Below, piece by piece: positions 40,229 through 52,328 of a stretch of DNA of 64,000 bases. Source of the DNA: Lingula anatina. Its lineage: Eukaryota > Animalia > Brachiopoda. Both the position numbers and the translations under genes were made by a program. Location of the stretch: contig CM120640.1 of the NCBI GenBank assembly GCA_051362555.1, positions 60,366,788-60,430,787 of the forward strand. The letters run 5' to 3'. The notes beneath the pieces were generated by a model. The model saw only the letters and a program-made list of their open reading frames with translations. It did not search any database and had not been told where the DNA came from. The number at the start of each line of letters is the position of its first letter. The stretch's first letter is position 1.

Positions 40229-41284
40229 ATGGCTGACGTAGACTTGCGTGATATTCGAGCACTTGACAATTTGGACGCAAGAAGACGCCCTGAGCGTCGC
40301 CGACGCATTTTTCGAGCAAGGGTTAATTATTTTGATTTCTACGATGAACAAGATTTCAAAATCAGGTTCAGAATTTCTAAAGAAATAGCACGTGAGGTCA
40401 TAGCACTGATAGAGGATCGATTAGCACCCTTTACATTGAGAAATCGCAGCATTTCACCGGAGCTACAGGTGCTAACCTGTTTGCGATACTATGCAACAGG
40501 TAGCTATCAACGTGCTGCGGGTGATCTGAGCGGGATAAGCGTGGCTTCTGTGAGCAGGATCGTGCCTAGAGTCAGCGAGTCAATAGCATAACTAAAGCCA
40601 AGGTACATTAGGATGCCAGATGCAGAAGAAGCTGACAGAATCAGACAACAGTTCTATCGCGTGGCGCACTTCCCTGGGGTTATCGGGTGTATTGATGGGA
40701 CACATGTCAGAATTGTGTGTCCCAGAGGTATCCAGAATACTGCTAGATACATGAATAGGAAAGGATTTTATTCTTTGAACGTACAGGCAGTGTCCGATGC
40801 GTCTATGATGATAAGAAATGTTGTAACTCGTTGGCCAGGGTCGAGCCACGATAGCACAGTGTTTAGAAACAGTGCACTGGCTGAAAACCTTGCGAGTGGA
40901 AGGATCGGGGGTTTACTCCTGGGTGACAACGGATATGCATGCGAGAGATATCTGCTGACCCCTGTACTGCGACCAGCTACAGATGCAGAGACACAATACA
41001 ACGCTGCCCACAGACGCACAAGAAACATAATAGAGAGGGTATTTGGCGCCCTCAAGAGACGCTTTCCGTGCATCGGCATTGACTCACAGCTCAGGTGTCG
41101 AACAGATACTGCCCAGGCTGTCATCGTTTCTGTGTGTATACTACACAATTTATCACGAATGTGTGGGGATGAAGATTTCATACCTGAGGAAGGTGATGAT
41201 GAAGGCGTCAACATCCCAGTTGCACAAGACGGACAAAGAGGACTGTTATTCAGACGTCTGCTTATTCAGAACCATTTCGCGTAA
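40229..41284 (+). pseudogene. Harbinger (HARBI1-like) DDE transposase with one in-frame TAA at 40589-40591
   Basis: ORFs 40229-40591 and 40613-41284 share a frame. Motifs GCIDGTH, NRKGFYSLNVQ, WPGSSHD, LLGDNGY and IERVFGALKRRF. Confidence 0.93.
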
Positions 41285-41313
41285 TAACATGGAACTATTC
41301 AGCTATTAATAGG

Positions 41314-41344
<31 letters not shown>

Positions 41345-41473
41345 AACGATTCTCACTCTGTAACCAGAATTTATTCTTCAATAATAACACTATCAAGACA
41401 TATCACCTGTTTTGAGTTTTTATTTACAAATCGACAAGCGCACATATATATATATCCGAGTGAGAATCGTTTT

Positions 41474-42632
41474 TCAATTCAGCAAACTCAGTTCTCTTTG
41501 TAGTTTCTTTTCTTTCAATAGGAGAACTCTTTCCTTAATATTCATAATTTCCATTCTCCTGTGATGCTCTCTGCGTCGTAATGTGAGGATTTCGGTCGGT
41601 ACATCATAATTCGAATCCACACGCTGGGAAGCTGAAACAGAATATTTTGATAAATTCAGTAAAAGTGTAAAAAAAGAAATGAGTAGTGCCATCTAAACCA
41701 TCTGAACGTAAGGTTTTTGTATATAGAATTATAAAAGTTACTGTATAGTCATAAAAGTTATTAAAAATCTTGAATCGTTCTATTGTTGAATCTATGCTTG
41801 TCATAGGTCTAAATATGAGATAAGAATATAGTACTTATCAATATTTAAAAAGAGAATGCCTACATCGAGAAGCTTGTCTGTCGCGCCGTGTGCTCGTCCC
41901 CTGGATGGGGCTGTTCTGGCGTGGGGAAGCTTGTCTGTCGCGTTGTGTGCTTGTCCCTGGGACGGGGCTCCTCCGCCGTGGGGAAGCTTGTCTGTCGCGC
42001 TGTGTGCTTGTCCCCTGGATGGGGCTGTTCTGGCGTGGGGAAGCTTGTCTGTCGCGCTGTGTGCTTGTCCCTGGGACGAGGCTCCTCCGCCGTGGGGAAG
42101 CTTGTCTGTCGCGTTGTGTGCTTGTCCCTGGGACAGGGCTCCTCCGGCGTGGAGATGTGTGATGTTGCTGTTCATCGTTTGCCTCCATTGGCGGCGGATC
42201 AACATCGTCTCCGCCAGCTGGCTCAGCTCCCGGTACATCGAGCAGTGCGTCGTCATCGTACGGATTACGCGGAGGGCTATCCACAGCATCATCTCCGATC
42301 ACATCTATCACTGCTTGATTTTCTTGACTTAATTCAACCTCTTTTGGCCCCCCTCCAGTCTTTTTGGCAGCTTTTTTAATATTTGCAAATTCTTTCTTTG
42401 CTTTTATTTTCGCTCGTTTCCAGAAGTCTTTCACCTGCCTTTCAGTTCTTTTCCCGGCTTGTGGAAAATGTGCTGCTAATCTCGTTAGAATTTCTTTCCA
42501 CGCCTCATTTTTTCTTTGATTTGATGTGACATCATTTTTCTTTGATTCAATGATGTTGGACTTCTCCTTTATTAGTTCTGAGATGTATCCCTTCTCTTCA
42601 GCAGAAAAATTCTCCGCTCTCTTTCGGCTCAT
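41474..42632 (-). CDS. Harbinger Myb/SANT-like DNA-binding protein; exons 42632-41864 and 41631-41474
   Basis: RKRAENFSAEEK...AWKEI...QVKDFWKRAK...KTGGGP. A GTAGGC donor and TTTCAG acceptor join in phase to a coiled-coil last exon. Confidence 0.88.
41868..42152. repeat. Coding minisatellite, five 57-bp units
   Basis: CTTGTCTGTCGCG at 41873, 41930, 41987, 42044 and 42101. Confidence 0.95.
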
Positions 42633-45301
42633 TTTCACGTGCTCTTTACTTCTAATTTTTTTCTCATATGAGCTACACAGCTTATCTGCTTCAACGCTAG
42701 CGTGTGTCATCTGTTCATTTACGCCTACCTGATTGACACAGTTCAGTGATTTCTTTGTCTATGTATTCCTGTTACTTTCAACAGGAGGTCAAGTACAAGT
42801 TAAAACTGGTTTAGCTAAACCTGGTTTTTGGCTTTCCTACACTGTTAGTGAAATGCAATTTAGGTCTTGGGTTAGACCAGGTTTTGCTAGACTAGGTTTT
42901 AGCCTTAAACTAGGTTTAGTTAAACCTCCTTTATGAAATCGGCCGATAGTGTCTATCTTATTTAGTTATAATTTTTTAAAATTTTCATCCTTTTCTCATT
43001 ATGATATAGCAGTTGCAGAGGATACACTATTTTATTTTTCATTTTAATGAGATGGAACTACAGAAAAATCACACTGCATTCATATAGGTATATCACACTC
43101 TGCTAGGGGCGCTACAGTAGTAACTATCCAGGGGCAGTGAAGTGCGAAACTGATACCGACCTGCTGACATCTCGCCTATGACACCCCTTTTTTAAATCTC
43201 TCTTTTAGCGCCGCATAAAAAAAAACTAATATAAGCCATTAACTAAATAAGCTGTAAATCAAAGAGTAAAATCCGGTCACGTGATTTTCCTGTGTTGCAG
43301 TCTTTGAGAAGTTTCAGTTCAGGGCGTTTGAAGTTTTGCCTCGACAAAATGCTCAAAAATGTCAGGTAATTACTGGTTGGAATTTTTTGAAATTTATGAT
43401 GAATAAAGCTCATGAAATTTGCAATATTATGTAGAAAAATCATGAAAATTAAACCATGCGAAGTATAGTTAATTTGATGCGCAATATTTATAGTACATGA
43501 TTTGCATGGAAGCCATCCCAGCCATGTGCTTGTGCGGTCGCCAATTTGGGTTTGTTTCCGGGTCATTAGCTTAACATAGAGCCCTAATTGCCCCAATTGG
43601 TCACAAGCAATTTGAGCTGCAGCTACAGCTGAGTGATCACTGCTAGTCAGTGGTCACGGGTCTTTAGCTGAAGAGTGTGGACACTTTTGGTGAAATTTTG
43701 CAGTTAAAAAACTTCAATATCTTTGTTGCTTATAGGAATATTTTAAAAATTCCAAAAGAATTCATCTGTTTTTTGCATTACCTTTCAGAAGATAAAAGTA
43801 TTATAATTTTCTGATCAGTTTGAAAATTTTTCTGATATACCTAACTCATAATATCACCACTGATCTCAGAGGTGTTTAATATTGTAAATCATTTATTTTA
43901 GTGTTTGTAAATCTTTAGTAAAGCCAAAGGTATCATGGTGGGTGGTGTGAGAAAGGAGTGGACAAAGACTAGTGCTTTGTCTGGAAATGAGTAACTAATG
44001 AGGCAACGAATGACAAGGGCTGGCTAGACGTAGTGTCTCAGTGTAAAGTGCCATTCCGTAACAAGTAGAGCAAGTTAGTACAATGAATAACACACTACGC
44101 ACTAGGAGAAAATACACTTCCTTTACAAAAAGGTAATTTTGATCGACATTATATTATATTATATTATATTATATTATATTATATTATATTATTTAAAAAA
44201 TCTATATATAAATATGCATGTATCTTTTTACTTGAAATTCCAAATTATTTTACAGATATAGATATAATTTCTGGAAAATATAAATTGCTATTCACAAGCC
44301 TGGAAACCGTTGAAACCTGGAAACAAGACAAAATTTGCCCTCTTGGAAACAGACATAACAACCATAACTGCCACAGACAACTCTTCAGATGTTAAAGATG
44401 GTATGAGACTGAGTTTAGGCTATCTCATCAAGAAGTACATAAATTTTAATTCACTTAATAAAGAAGTACATAAAAACGCCTTTGATATTTCTGGGCGCTA
44501 AGATTTATTTTGTCAGAAGTGCGGATGCATCAAGCAGTTTTAGTGAAAAGTCATCATCAGATTCTAGGTCAGTAATGGCAGAAGAAACTACTAATAGTGC
44601 TAGTGTTAAAACTGAGCTTGGGCACATCACTGTGAGTGATGATAAACCAGGCAGGATGGGTAAACGCAAGTGGTTGGCTTCCAAAATCTCTAGGATTGGG
44701 GAAAAAACCCTCTTCAGATGACGTACACTATTATCTCACTTCTGGTGTCTCTGTAAGGATACAGTTATGGTTATCATTGTCACATATCACTTGTAAACTT
44801 TAGGAATTCTTGCTTATAGGCATGAGGAGCTTTACAACTCGAAATGGAATAACCTATACTAAATTTTCGCAATTTGAGAAAAAAATCCTTAAATGCTTAA
44901 TAAAATTTGTAAAATGCTAAATAAAATGTGAAAGGAAAAAGTCTTCGTAATATATCCCCTCATAGATCTCATACTCTCTCAGTTATAGTTCACAAACATT
45001 TACAAGGTCAAGGTTGATCGTGTCGACTATTTTTGAATACAATCTAATTATAGCAAGGTCAATTTACCATATTTAGAAATTGACCCATGACACAATGCCT
45101 ATTTTACCCAATAGTGTTGCGCGTGTGATCGATAAGTATTGTAAAGCGTGTTCAGCGTGTGTTATGAATGATCATGGCGGGCGCAGGATCCAGAAAAAAA
45201 TGTCGGAAAGATGTCGGTCCAAGAAGTTTATTTTTCAACAAAGTGCAGAAGGAAATGTGCAACCTTGCCGTGTGGGGGTGGGATAGGACAAAGGCTTACT
45301 T

Positions 45302-45778
45302 AAGCCTAGGTCCCAACTACGTTTTGGACGCACGGTTTTTAGGTTCCTTGCGTCCTTCTAGATCTATATATCTATATATCTATATATATATATATATATA
45401 TATAGCTAGATCGCAGGGAAGAAATCAAGTAAAGCCTAGGCCCCAATCGAACGTACGGGCTGCTACGTGTGGTCTACAGCCAAAAAATGGAGAAAACGTG
45501 GGAGTTCGTACGTGAGGAGCACGTCCATCGTGCAACTTTTGGAGGACGCAAACAGCACGTAGAAACTTTTCGACATGATCAACAGCCGCTACGTGCGATC
45601 TAGGTACGTCCTAGCTGGACGCAAGGAACCAAAAAACCGTTCGTCCAAAACGTAGTTGGGACCTAGGCTTAACTTTTCGACATGATCAACAGCCGCTACG
45701 TGCGATCTAGCTACGTCCTAGCCGGACGCAAGGAACCTAAAAAACGTGCGCCCAAAACATAGTTGGGACCTAGGCTTT
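45302..45778. mobile_element. MITE with a tandemly duplicated right end
   Basis: Left AAGCCTAGGTCCCAACTACGTTTTGGACG; its reverse complement ends at 45670 and again at 45778; TTAA flanks the first pair. Confidence 0.85.
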
Positions 45779-48174
45779 TGAGAAGACAGTGGGGTGCTTT
45801 TCACAGCACAAACCCCCGGAGACGCCACGTGGAAAATATGGTATGTACCGTGCAATCTTGTTAAAAGTAATCAGTTTTACTGTTGTGCTAATGATAAATG
45901 CATCATATACTTCGTGGGAGAACTCTTAATTTATATTGATTAATTGAAAATAACAACAACAACAACAACAACAAGAAAAATACTACTATCATACATTTCT
46001 TCTTTAGAAAATCTCGAAAATTCCCCCTGCGTTCACGGGTCTTGACCATTTGCAACATTGTATCTTTTCACTTCCCCCTGTCGTGATGAAAAGGCTATCA
46101 TAAACAAAACACTATATTTTATCAGAAAAATGCATTTTTTCGCAAGCATTGCTATTGAAACAGTTGAGCTTTATTTTGACTGTTTTACGATAGGGTCTTA
46201 ATTGATCATGAGTTGTCAGTCAACGGCGCATTACTTTCATGAACTGTCAGTCATCAGCGCATTACTTTGGAGCTTTTAAGAATATTTTGATAGATACATT
46301 GCACCTTTCAATGGCACACATCTCCACGAAAAATACGTTGGATATGTGATTTATATATTTCAAACATATCGTTATATATCTTGAACATTCCCTAGTTGAC
46401 ATATCTGTTACAAATCGTAACAAGCTATTCCATTTACACAACTGAAAAATCAATACTAGAAGGGACCGGTACCTTTGTAGTTTTAACTGGCTAAAACTAG
46501 TCTGTTGTCTAGACGACAAACTGCCTGTCATCAAGTAACTGGTAGTAGATTTAATTGAAAAATCAATAAACTGGCACCAGCCGGCAGCCTACACTCATGT
46601 AAGTTAATTACTGTTGCTGTATTGACTTGGGGCTCAGACAAAACTGAATTTAAGGCTGAAAGTTTAACTCAAGAAGTTTTCATTGCCCTAAAATGATGTC
46701 GCTTTTAAGATTTTAAGTAACAAGTATTATTGTCTAAAGCAGGGATGTTTTTTTTTTTTTTGTGCAAAATATCATTCTTGAGATGGATGCAGATCTGTAA
46801 AAAAAAATATATATGGGGGGGGGGGGGGGGGGGACATACCCACTGACTTTTTCACTTATTGGTAGTCTCACCCCAGCTTAGGCTACTGTTTCTGCCTGCC
46901 ATAAAAGTTATTGCATTTTTTGGTATACTTGGAAAATAAAGTTACTGAAAGATCTCGCCCTTAAGCAATTGTAAATCTTAACTTCTTTGAACTTTGCAGT
47001 ACATAAAAACTAATATTACCCTACTATTTACTTGGCATATTAGTTAATTTATAATACTGCCCCACTGCCATGGCTTTCAATGACATGTCATTTTATAATT
47101 TTTTAATTTCAGTTGACCTGCCAGCTATGAAGTACCAAGGCCCAGGTATGTGGATTGTTCAGTGACACTTGGAAAGTAAACGGCGATTCTCAATTGTTGT
47201 CCCTGTCTGTAAGGGCTTTGTCTTTAGAATCTTCTTGTCTTTAGAATTTCATAATGTCAATATACAGGATTGTTTACACAGTTTTAAATTTTATTGAATT
47301 TTAATTACAAACATGGTTCGCACAAATCTGGAAAATCCTGGAATTTAGATAAAATCCTGGAATATCCTGGAATATGCTTGTGCTCCTTGAATAGTCCTTA
47401 AATCTTTAAAGTAGTGCTGGAGAAATCCTTGAAATTTGAAAATTATTACGTCTATTCGGTAGTTTTCTAGTTAGTCTACGTGAAAGACGCAGAGTAGTAT
47501 TTCGTGTTATTGTGTTTGTTGAGCATCGAGCAATTCGGCTGTTTCCGCGAAGCAGTGATAGAGTCGTTTTAGCCAATCACTGTTGATTTAACATCGACTG
47601 TTCGGCATCGAACACGTGTGGCCCAGCATGCGCACGGTGCGAGACGAGTGGCTCTGTGAATGATTAACCAAGCATGTCAACAACAAAAGGTATTTGTGTA
47701 CGGTAAAGTCTTGAAAATTTCGTCGCTTAAAAATTAATTATTTTTTTAAATTGCGTTCATTCGACGATTTTTTCAAAATTACGCATCCCCGACTTCTGGG
47801 TGTGACGAAATTTTCAAAAACCCCGACTTTCTATCTTACATTCTTATCGGCATTTAGCCTTGTTCCTCTGATATTGTGGGATATTTATCACTACTTCCAA
47901 GGACAATATCTGGTTGTAAATAATTCTTTTTTTTTAGTGTATCTCGATTTTGTTATGTTGACTTACCCGAAAAGAAGGTTGATAATTGTGTTTGCGCTAT
48001 GAAACATAACTCCAGATAGAGGAGAGAGATCAAGATAAGCCCAATTGCAATCTTACATTGCCTGGACCCAGCATATGTTAAACACTATACATTTAAATAG
48101 TAACGTTTAATGCACGCTTATTAAGCGGAGGTCATGGTAAATGAAAACAAACGACGAAATAAAATCAATTTATA

Positions 48175-48560
48175 CGGTTTATTAGGCACATAACTTACTA
48201 ACGCTAATATAGGGCTACTTTGGGTCAAGGCTTTCGTTGATTTTATGTTAATTCAAACAATGCATTAAGACTGGATGAATTCCTACTCTCATAGAGATTA
48301 ATATACTATGAATAAAATTTTGCTCAAAATATTACATTGGCCTTATAACGATTCATCAAATGTTTAAGTTTTATTAAGCACATAACTTACTAACGCTAAT
48401 ATAGGCCTACGTTGGGTCAAGGCTTACGTTGATTTTACGTAAATTCAAACAATGCAATTACAGAGGAGACTGGATGAATTCCTACTCCCATAGAGATTAA
48501 TATACTATGAATAAAATTTTGCTCAAAATATTACATTGGCCTTATAACGATTCATCAAAA
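48175..48560. repeat. Tandem duplication (~195 bp) inside the pogo element
   Basis: GCACATAACTTACTAACGCTAATATAGG...CCTTATAACGATTCATCAAA occurs twice. Confidence 0.9.
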
Positions 48561-48635
48561 GTTTACTTTCATTATGAGATGTCAAGTATCTGTCTCTCAT
48601 TGACTTTTATTTCCCTTATGAAATTGGTGCTTCAG

Positions 48636-50375
48636 TCAAAGATCTCTGAAAGGATCCTCAGTGTCATCTCTCGTGTCGGAGAATCCCAAAAATTCACTCT
48701 CCTCGTCACTGGTAAAAAAATCATCTGGGACATCATTGGTTGGCGAAGTTCTCTCCCCCTTTAGCGCGCTGGTGATCCCAGTGGTTTGAAATGATTTCAC
48801 GACCATTTCGCGACTAACTTTGCTCCAGGCTGACGCCACCCACGCAACAACGTCCTCCTTACTCGCCGTTGGCAATTTATCGAACTTGCCCTTTGCTCCC
48901 ATGGCTGCCTGTCGCATACGCTCCGTCCATGCTTTTCTGAGGTGTACCTTGAATGGTCTATTCAACGACACATCGAGGGGCTGGGCCTTGGATGTACACC
49001 CCCCAGGGATGATGGCCATGGTTGCATTGGCTTTTCGTGTCACCTCCTTCACCTTCTCTGTCGTGTGCGCAGAAAACGCGTCAAGAATCAACAGGGCAGG
49101 TCGTCTGTCCGTGTATGGCCGCAGGATGTGTTTCACCCACTTGATCATGAGGTCCTCGGTCATCCACCCCTTGGGATTCACTTCGACCATCCACCCTGGA
49201 GGACACTCCAGGGATAGCTGACGTGATCCTGAAAAATAGATAACATTAAATTTAATAACTGGTAAAATACGGTGGATATTGCTTTGCTTAGAAATATATT
49301 GTTAATAAATACTTAAACAGTGGTGTACAGTTTACTTATGTACTAACTTGATTAGGTGGTACATTTTACAGAAACTCTATTTATTAATAAATTTTAATAA
49401 AAACTCTTTAATTTAATACAAAACATTTGATACCATCATGGTTTACTACAAAATTTTTTTTTTTTTTTTTTTACCTTTGAAAATTACCATTGATGGTAAT
49501 TTGGCGCCGTCTGCAGCTACCGCCTGCACTACAGTGAAGTGCCTCTTCTCGGCTCCAGTGGTTAAGATGCGGACATCTTTCATTCCTTTTTTGTGTATGG
49601 TCCTCTCGGGCACCAGATCAAAAGTCATAGGAACCTCATCCATGTTGATAATAAATTGGGCGTCGAATTCTTCCTCTTCGTTTATCTCCCCAAGATGAGT
49701 ATAGAACACCTCTAGTCTGTCCTCGAGGTCGCTGGGTAAACGCTGGCTCTCGGTGGTCCTGGCTCTAATAGACAAACGATGTCTTTTTAAGAAGTTTGTA
49801 GCCCACCCCTTGGAAGCGTTGAAGTCAACATCTAATGTTTCTGCCAAAGAGAAAGCATGAGCACACAAGGACTCTACTGTCACTGGCAATTGGAGGTCTC
49901 TCTGCTCCAAGACCCATCTTAAAATGTCCTCCTCGGTGTTATTTCCAAGAAGACATGTTCTCCCGCTGCCTTCCTTCCTGCCTGCATCATTTCTCGGGAC
50001 ATCACGGGCTAGTTCTTTCTTCCACGTGCTGACAGTTGTGCGTGGGATGCCGAGGGATTTTGCTATGGATGTTATTCCATGTAAGGATGCCAGGTCTACC
50101 AACTCTTTTTTCTCGGCCAAGGAATATGATTTATATTTCCCCCGTTTGGCAGGTATGGTGTTGGTGTCAAGTTCAAGATCATCTCGTCTCCGCTTAAGAG
50201 CGACACGCTCCCCAGAGAGCAACGGTGAGTCATCTGGATTCGTAGCAGTCTTCTTCGGCCTACCAACGGGACGTTTGGCAGGTGATCTTGGTAGCGGCTC
50301 CTCCAGCCAACGCCGCGGCACGGTGTCTTCGATGACGGTCGTCTTAGAGAAAAAATCTTTAATGTTGCGCTGCAT
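48636..50375 (-). CDS. pogo transposase, 497 aa; exons 50375-49475 and 49228-48636
   Basis: Open frame across a GT-AG intron. N-terminal QRNIKDFF, AT-hook GRPKK, two HTH domains (FNASKGWATNFLKRH), and catalytic NMDEVP / ILDAFSAH / QPLD with 35 residues between the last two Asp. TATATAA ~45 nt upstream; AATAAA ~25 nt after the stop. Confidence 0.95.
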
Positions 50376-51626
50376 AGTGACAGTGTCTTATGCCTCTCCA
50401 TCTTTTACCCCCTTCTTATATACCCACATGCCAATGACACGTGGCAGCCAGCTTAATCTGAGGTGTAAGAAACAAACCGTATTGATGCTTTTTATCAAAA
50501 GTTTTAATCGCAACGCTGATCAATTAAGCACTGTTATGGGCCGCGTCAGTGATTACTCGGTAACCTGGATAACATTACAGGTAAGACATGCCACGACCAG
50601 CTTAATCTGCTGTGTAATAAACAAGCCGCGTTGATGATTTTTATCGAACATTTTAATCATGACGCTCATCATGTCATGTCAGCCGTTAGTGTTGATAGCA
50701 TCACAGGTAAGTGAGACCATGGCCACTCCCTCGATTTTCGCTGTTATTCGTTTTGGTTGCAAATGCTACAGAATGAATACTGCTGGATAAAAAGTAAATC
50801 AAATCTGTATTATAATTTGGTTGATTGATGACAAAGATCCTTTCGCATATATAAGATGTTGGCTTTTATATTCCCCCTTCCTTGCAAAGACTGCCACTGA
50901 CTTCGCCCTCGTTGCTATGGGATGGGCGACTGAAGTGAAACGCGAGGCGCTCACAGCTTAACGATGCAGACACAAGTCTGACGTAGTGTAAACAGTAAAC
51001 ACATGATAATTAAAGAGTAAATGCAGCTTTTTGACACTTTATTTTTTATTTTCATTTTTCGTGTTATTTGTACCATTACAACATCTTGCATATCGTTAGT
51101 AGTTCTCTGTTAAATTAACGGAATATGTCATCACAACCAGAAACCTGAGATCCTTTACTTATTGTTTATTTTTCTATAAATGGAAATATGCAATAAAATT
51201 TTGTAATTGACCATTCGATATTCTCTCTCTGTCTTTTCTGCTTTTCTATGTATAACACAGTGTGAATAACACAGTTTGAAAGGTTGCTAGCGATGTACAT
51301 GCAGCACAGAATAAAGCATTTAGTATTTAAGCGTTTCTACAGACACATTACATCTTATGTTTTGAATTGTTTGTTATTTAATAAAAACTGGGCTGATTTT
51401 ACACAAGAACCGAATTGGAAGCACTTGCACTGATTGACAAAAGACAAATCTACGAAATGCTGTTCCTTTGGATATGTATGATAAAATCGTACAATCCTGT
51501 CTGAAAGGAATAACTTCCATGTTTCTGACACCCTGTGAAAATGGAAACTAACAATGTTTCACAGACACGTTAGACGAATTTAATTGCTATAGTAATATTA
51601 TACATTTCGTAACATAATGGTATATG

Positions 51627-51666
51627 CTTTTCTGAATGTGTTGTGGCCCTTAAAAGGGCCGTTCAG
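51627..51666 (-). terminator. Histone-type 3' stem-loop (51660-51645) with a purine-rich downstream element (51634-51627)
   Basis: Minus strand reads CTGAAC GGCCCT TTTA AGGGCC ACAAC ACATT CAGAAAAG, starting 46 nt after the HIRAN-like stop codon. Confidence 0.85.
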
Positions 51667-51706
51667 TGACAGTTCACAAGCCCTGTCTGGCTTCTTGTCG
51701 GCCCTG

Positions 51707-52328
51707 CTACCAACACCGTTCAACAGCAGTCAGCAGATCCTTCATCCTCTTCAGAACCTTTTGATTGTCAGAAGAGAATAGTAGGACACAGGGAACTTCC
51801 CGACCACCCTGCCTCAACGTCGACCTTTTGGGGTTGCCGGTTACCTCAACCCGGATGTCGCCACCATGCAGTAGAAAGTGAAAACATTCCCTAGAAATTT
51901 CTTTCGGCAGGTGCCCCACAGTAATGTTCCCTCGCTTTACACGGATGCAATATCGGTCTTTTCGCCGGCCAACTGAAATGGAATGTGAACCAATCATTAT
52001 TAATCTTGTGGCTTATACAGCATCAAACATATTTACCTTAACGTAATTATAAAGGCGAGAACGCATTAAAAAGGAATGACCTGCAAACATAAGAAAAATA
52101 CTAGGTATTTTTTGTGACCAATGTCTGCGTTCGCAACATATGTGCATTTACGTTAACATATGATATTTTAAAGTTATTTCTGCGAAAGTCTTGAAATATA
52201 ATTATAAAATGCAGGTATTACGTACCAGGATCATCTACATCAACAAGGAGAGATTCGCCAACAATAGGTTTCCAGTACACTCTGTAGACGTGGTACCCAC
52301 GAACAACTGCTGCGTACGAAAACTCCAT
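51707..52328 (-). CDS. HIRAN-like domain protein, 122 aa; exons 52328-52226 and 51972-51707
   Basis: Exon 1 MEFSYAAVVRGYHVYRVYWKPIVGESLLVDVDDP (absent from the ORF track) splices via GTACGT...TTTCAG in phase to VGRRKDRYCIRVKRGNITVGHLPKEISRECFHFLLHGGDIRVEVTG...GGREVPC. TATAAAA lies ~30 nt before the ATG. Confidence 0.85.

Larger units (their letters stand above)
39959..42945. mobile_element. Full-length PIF/Harbinger transposon (2987 bp)
   Basis: TIR CGGCCGATTTCATAAAGGAGGTTTAA, 3-bp TSD ATA, AAACCTGGT subterminal repeats, and convergent nuclease and Myb/SANT genes. Confidence 0.96.

Noticed and set aside
49924-50634. 236-aa plus-strand ORF (and 40768-41214, 41856-42379, 48820-49221)
   Set aside because: Antisense or alternate-frame shadows of real transposon genes or GC-rich repeats, with no recognisable domains.
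51645-51660. Rho-independent terminator
   Set aside because: Eukaryotic spliced gene, no U-tract after the stem, and the sequence fits the histone hairpin instead.
51973-51997. ORF-track start MIGSHSIS for the HIRAN-like protein
   Set aside because: This lies in the intron acceptor region; a better upstream exon with RGYHVY exists at 52328-52226.
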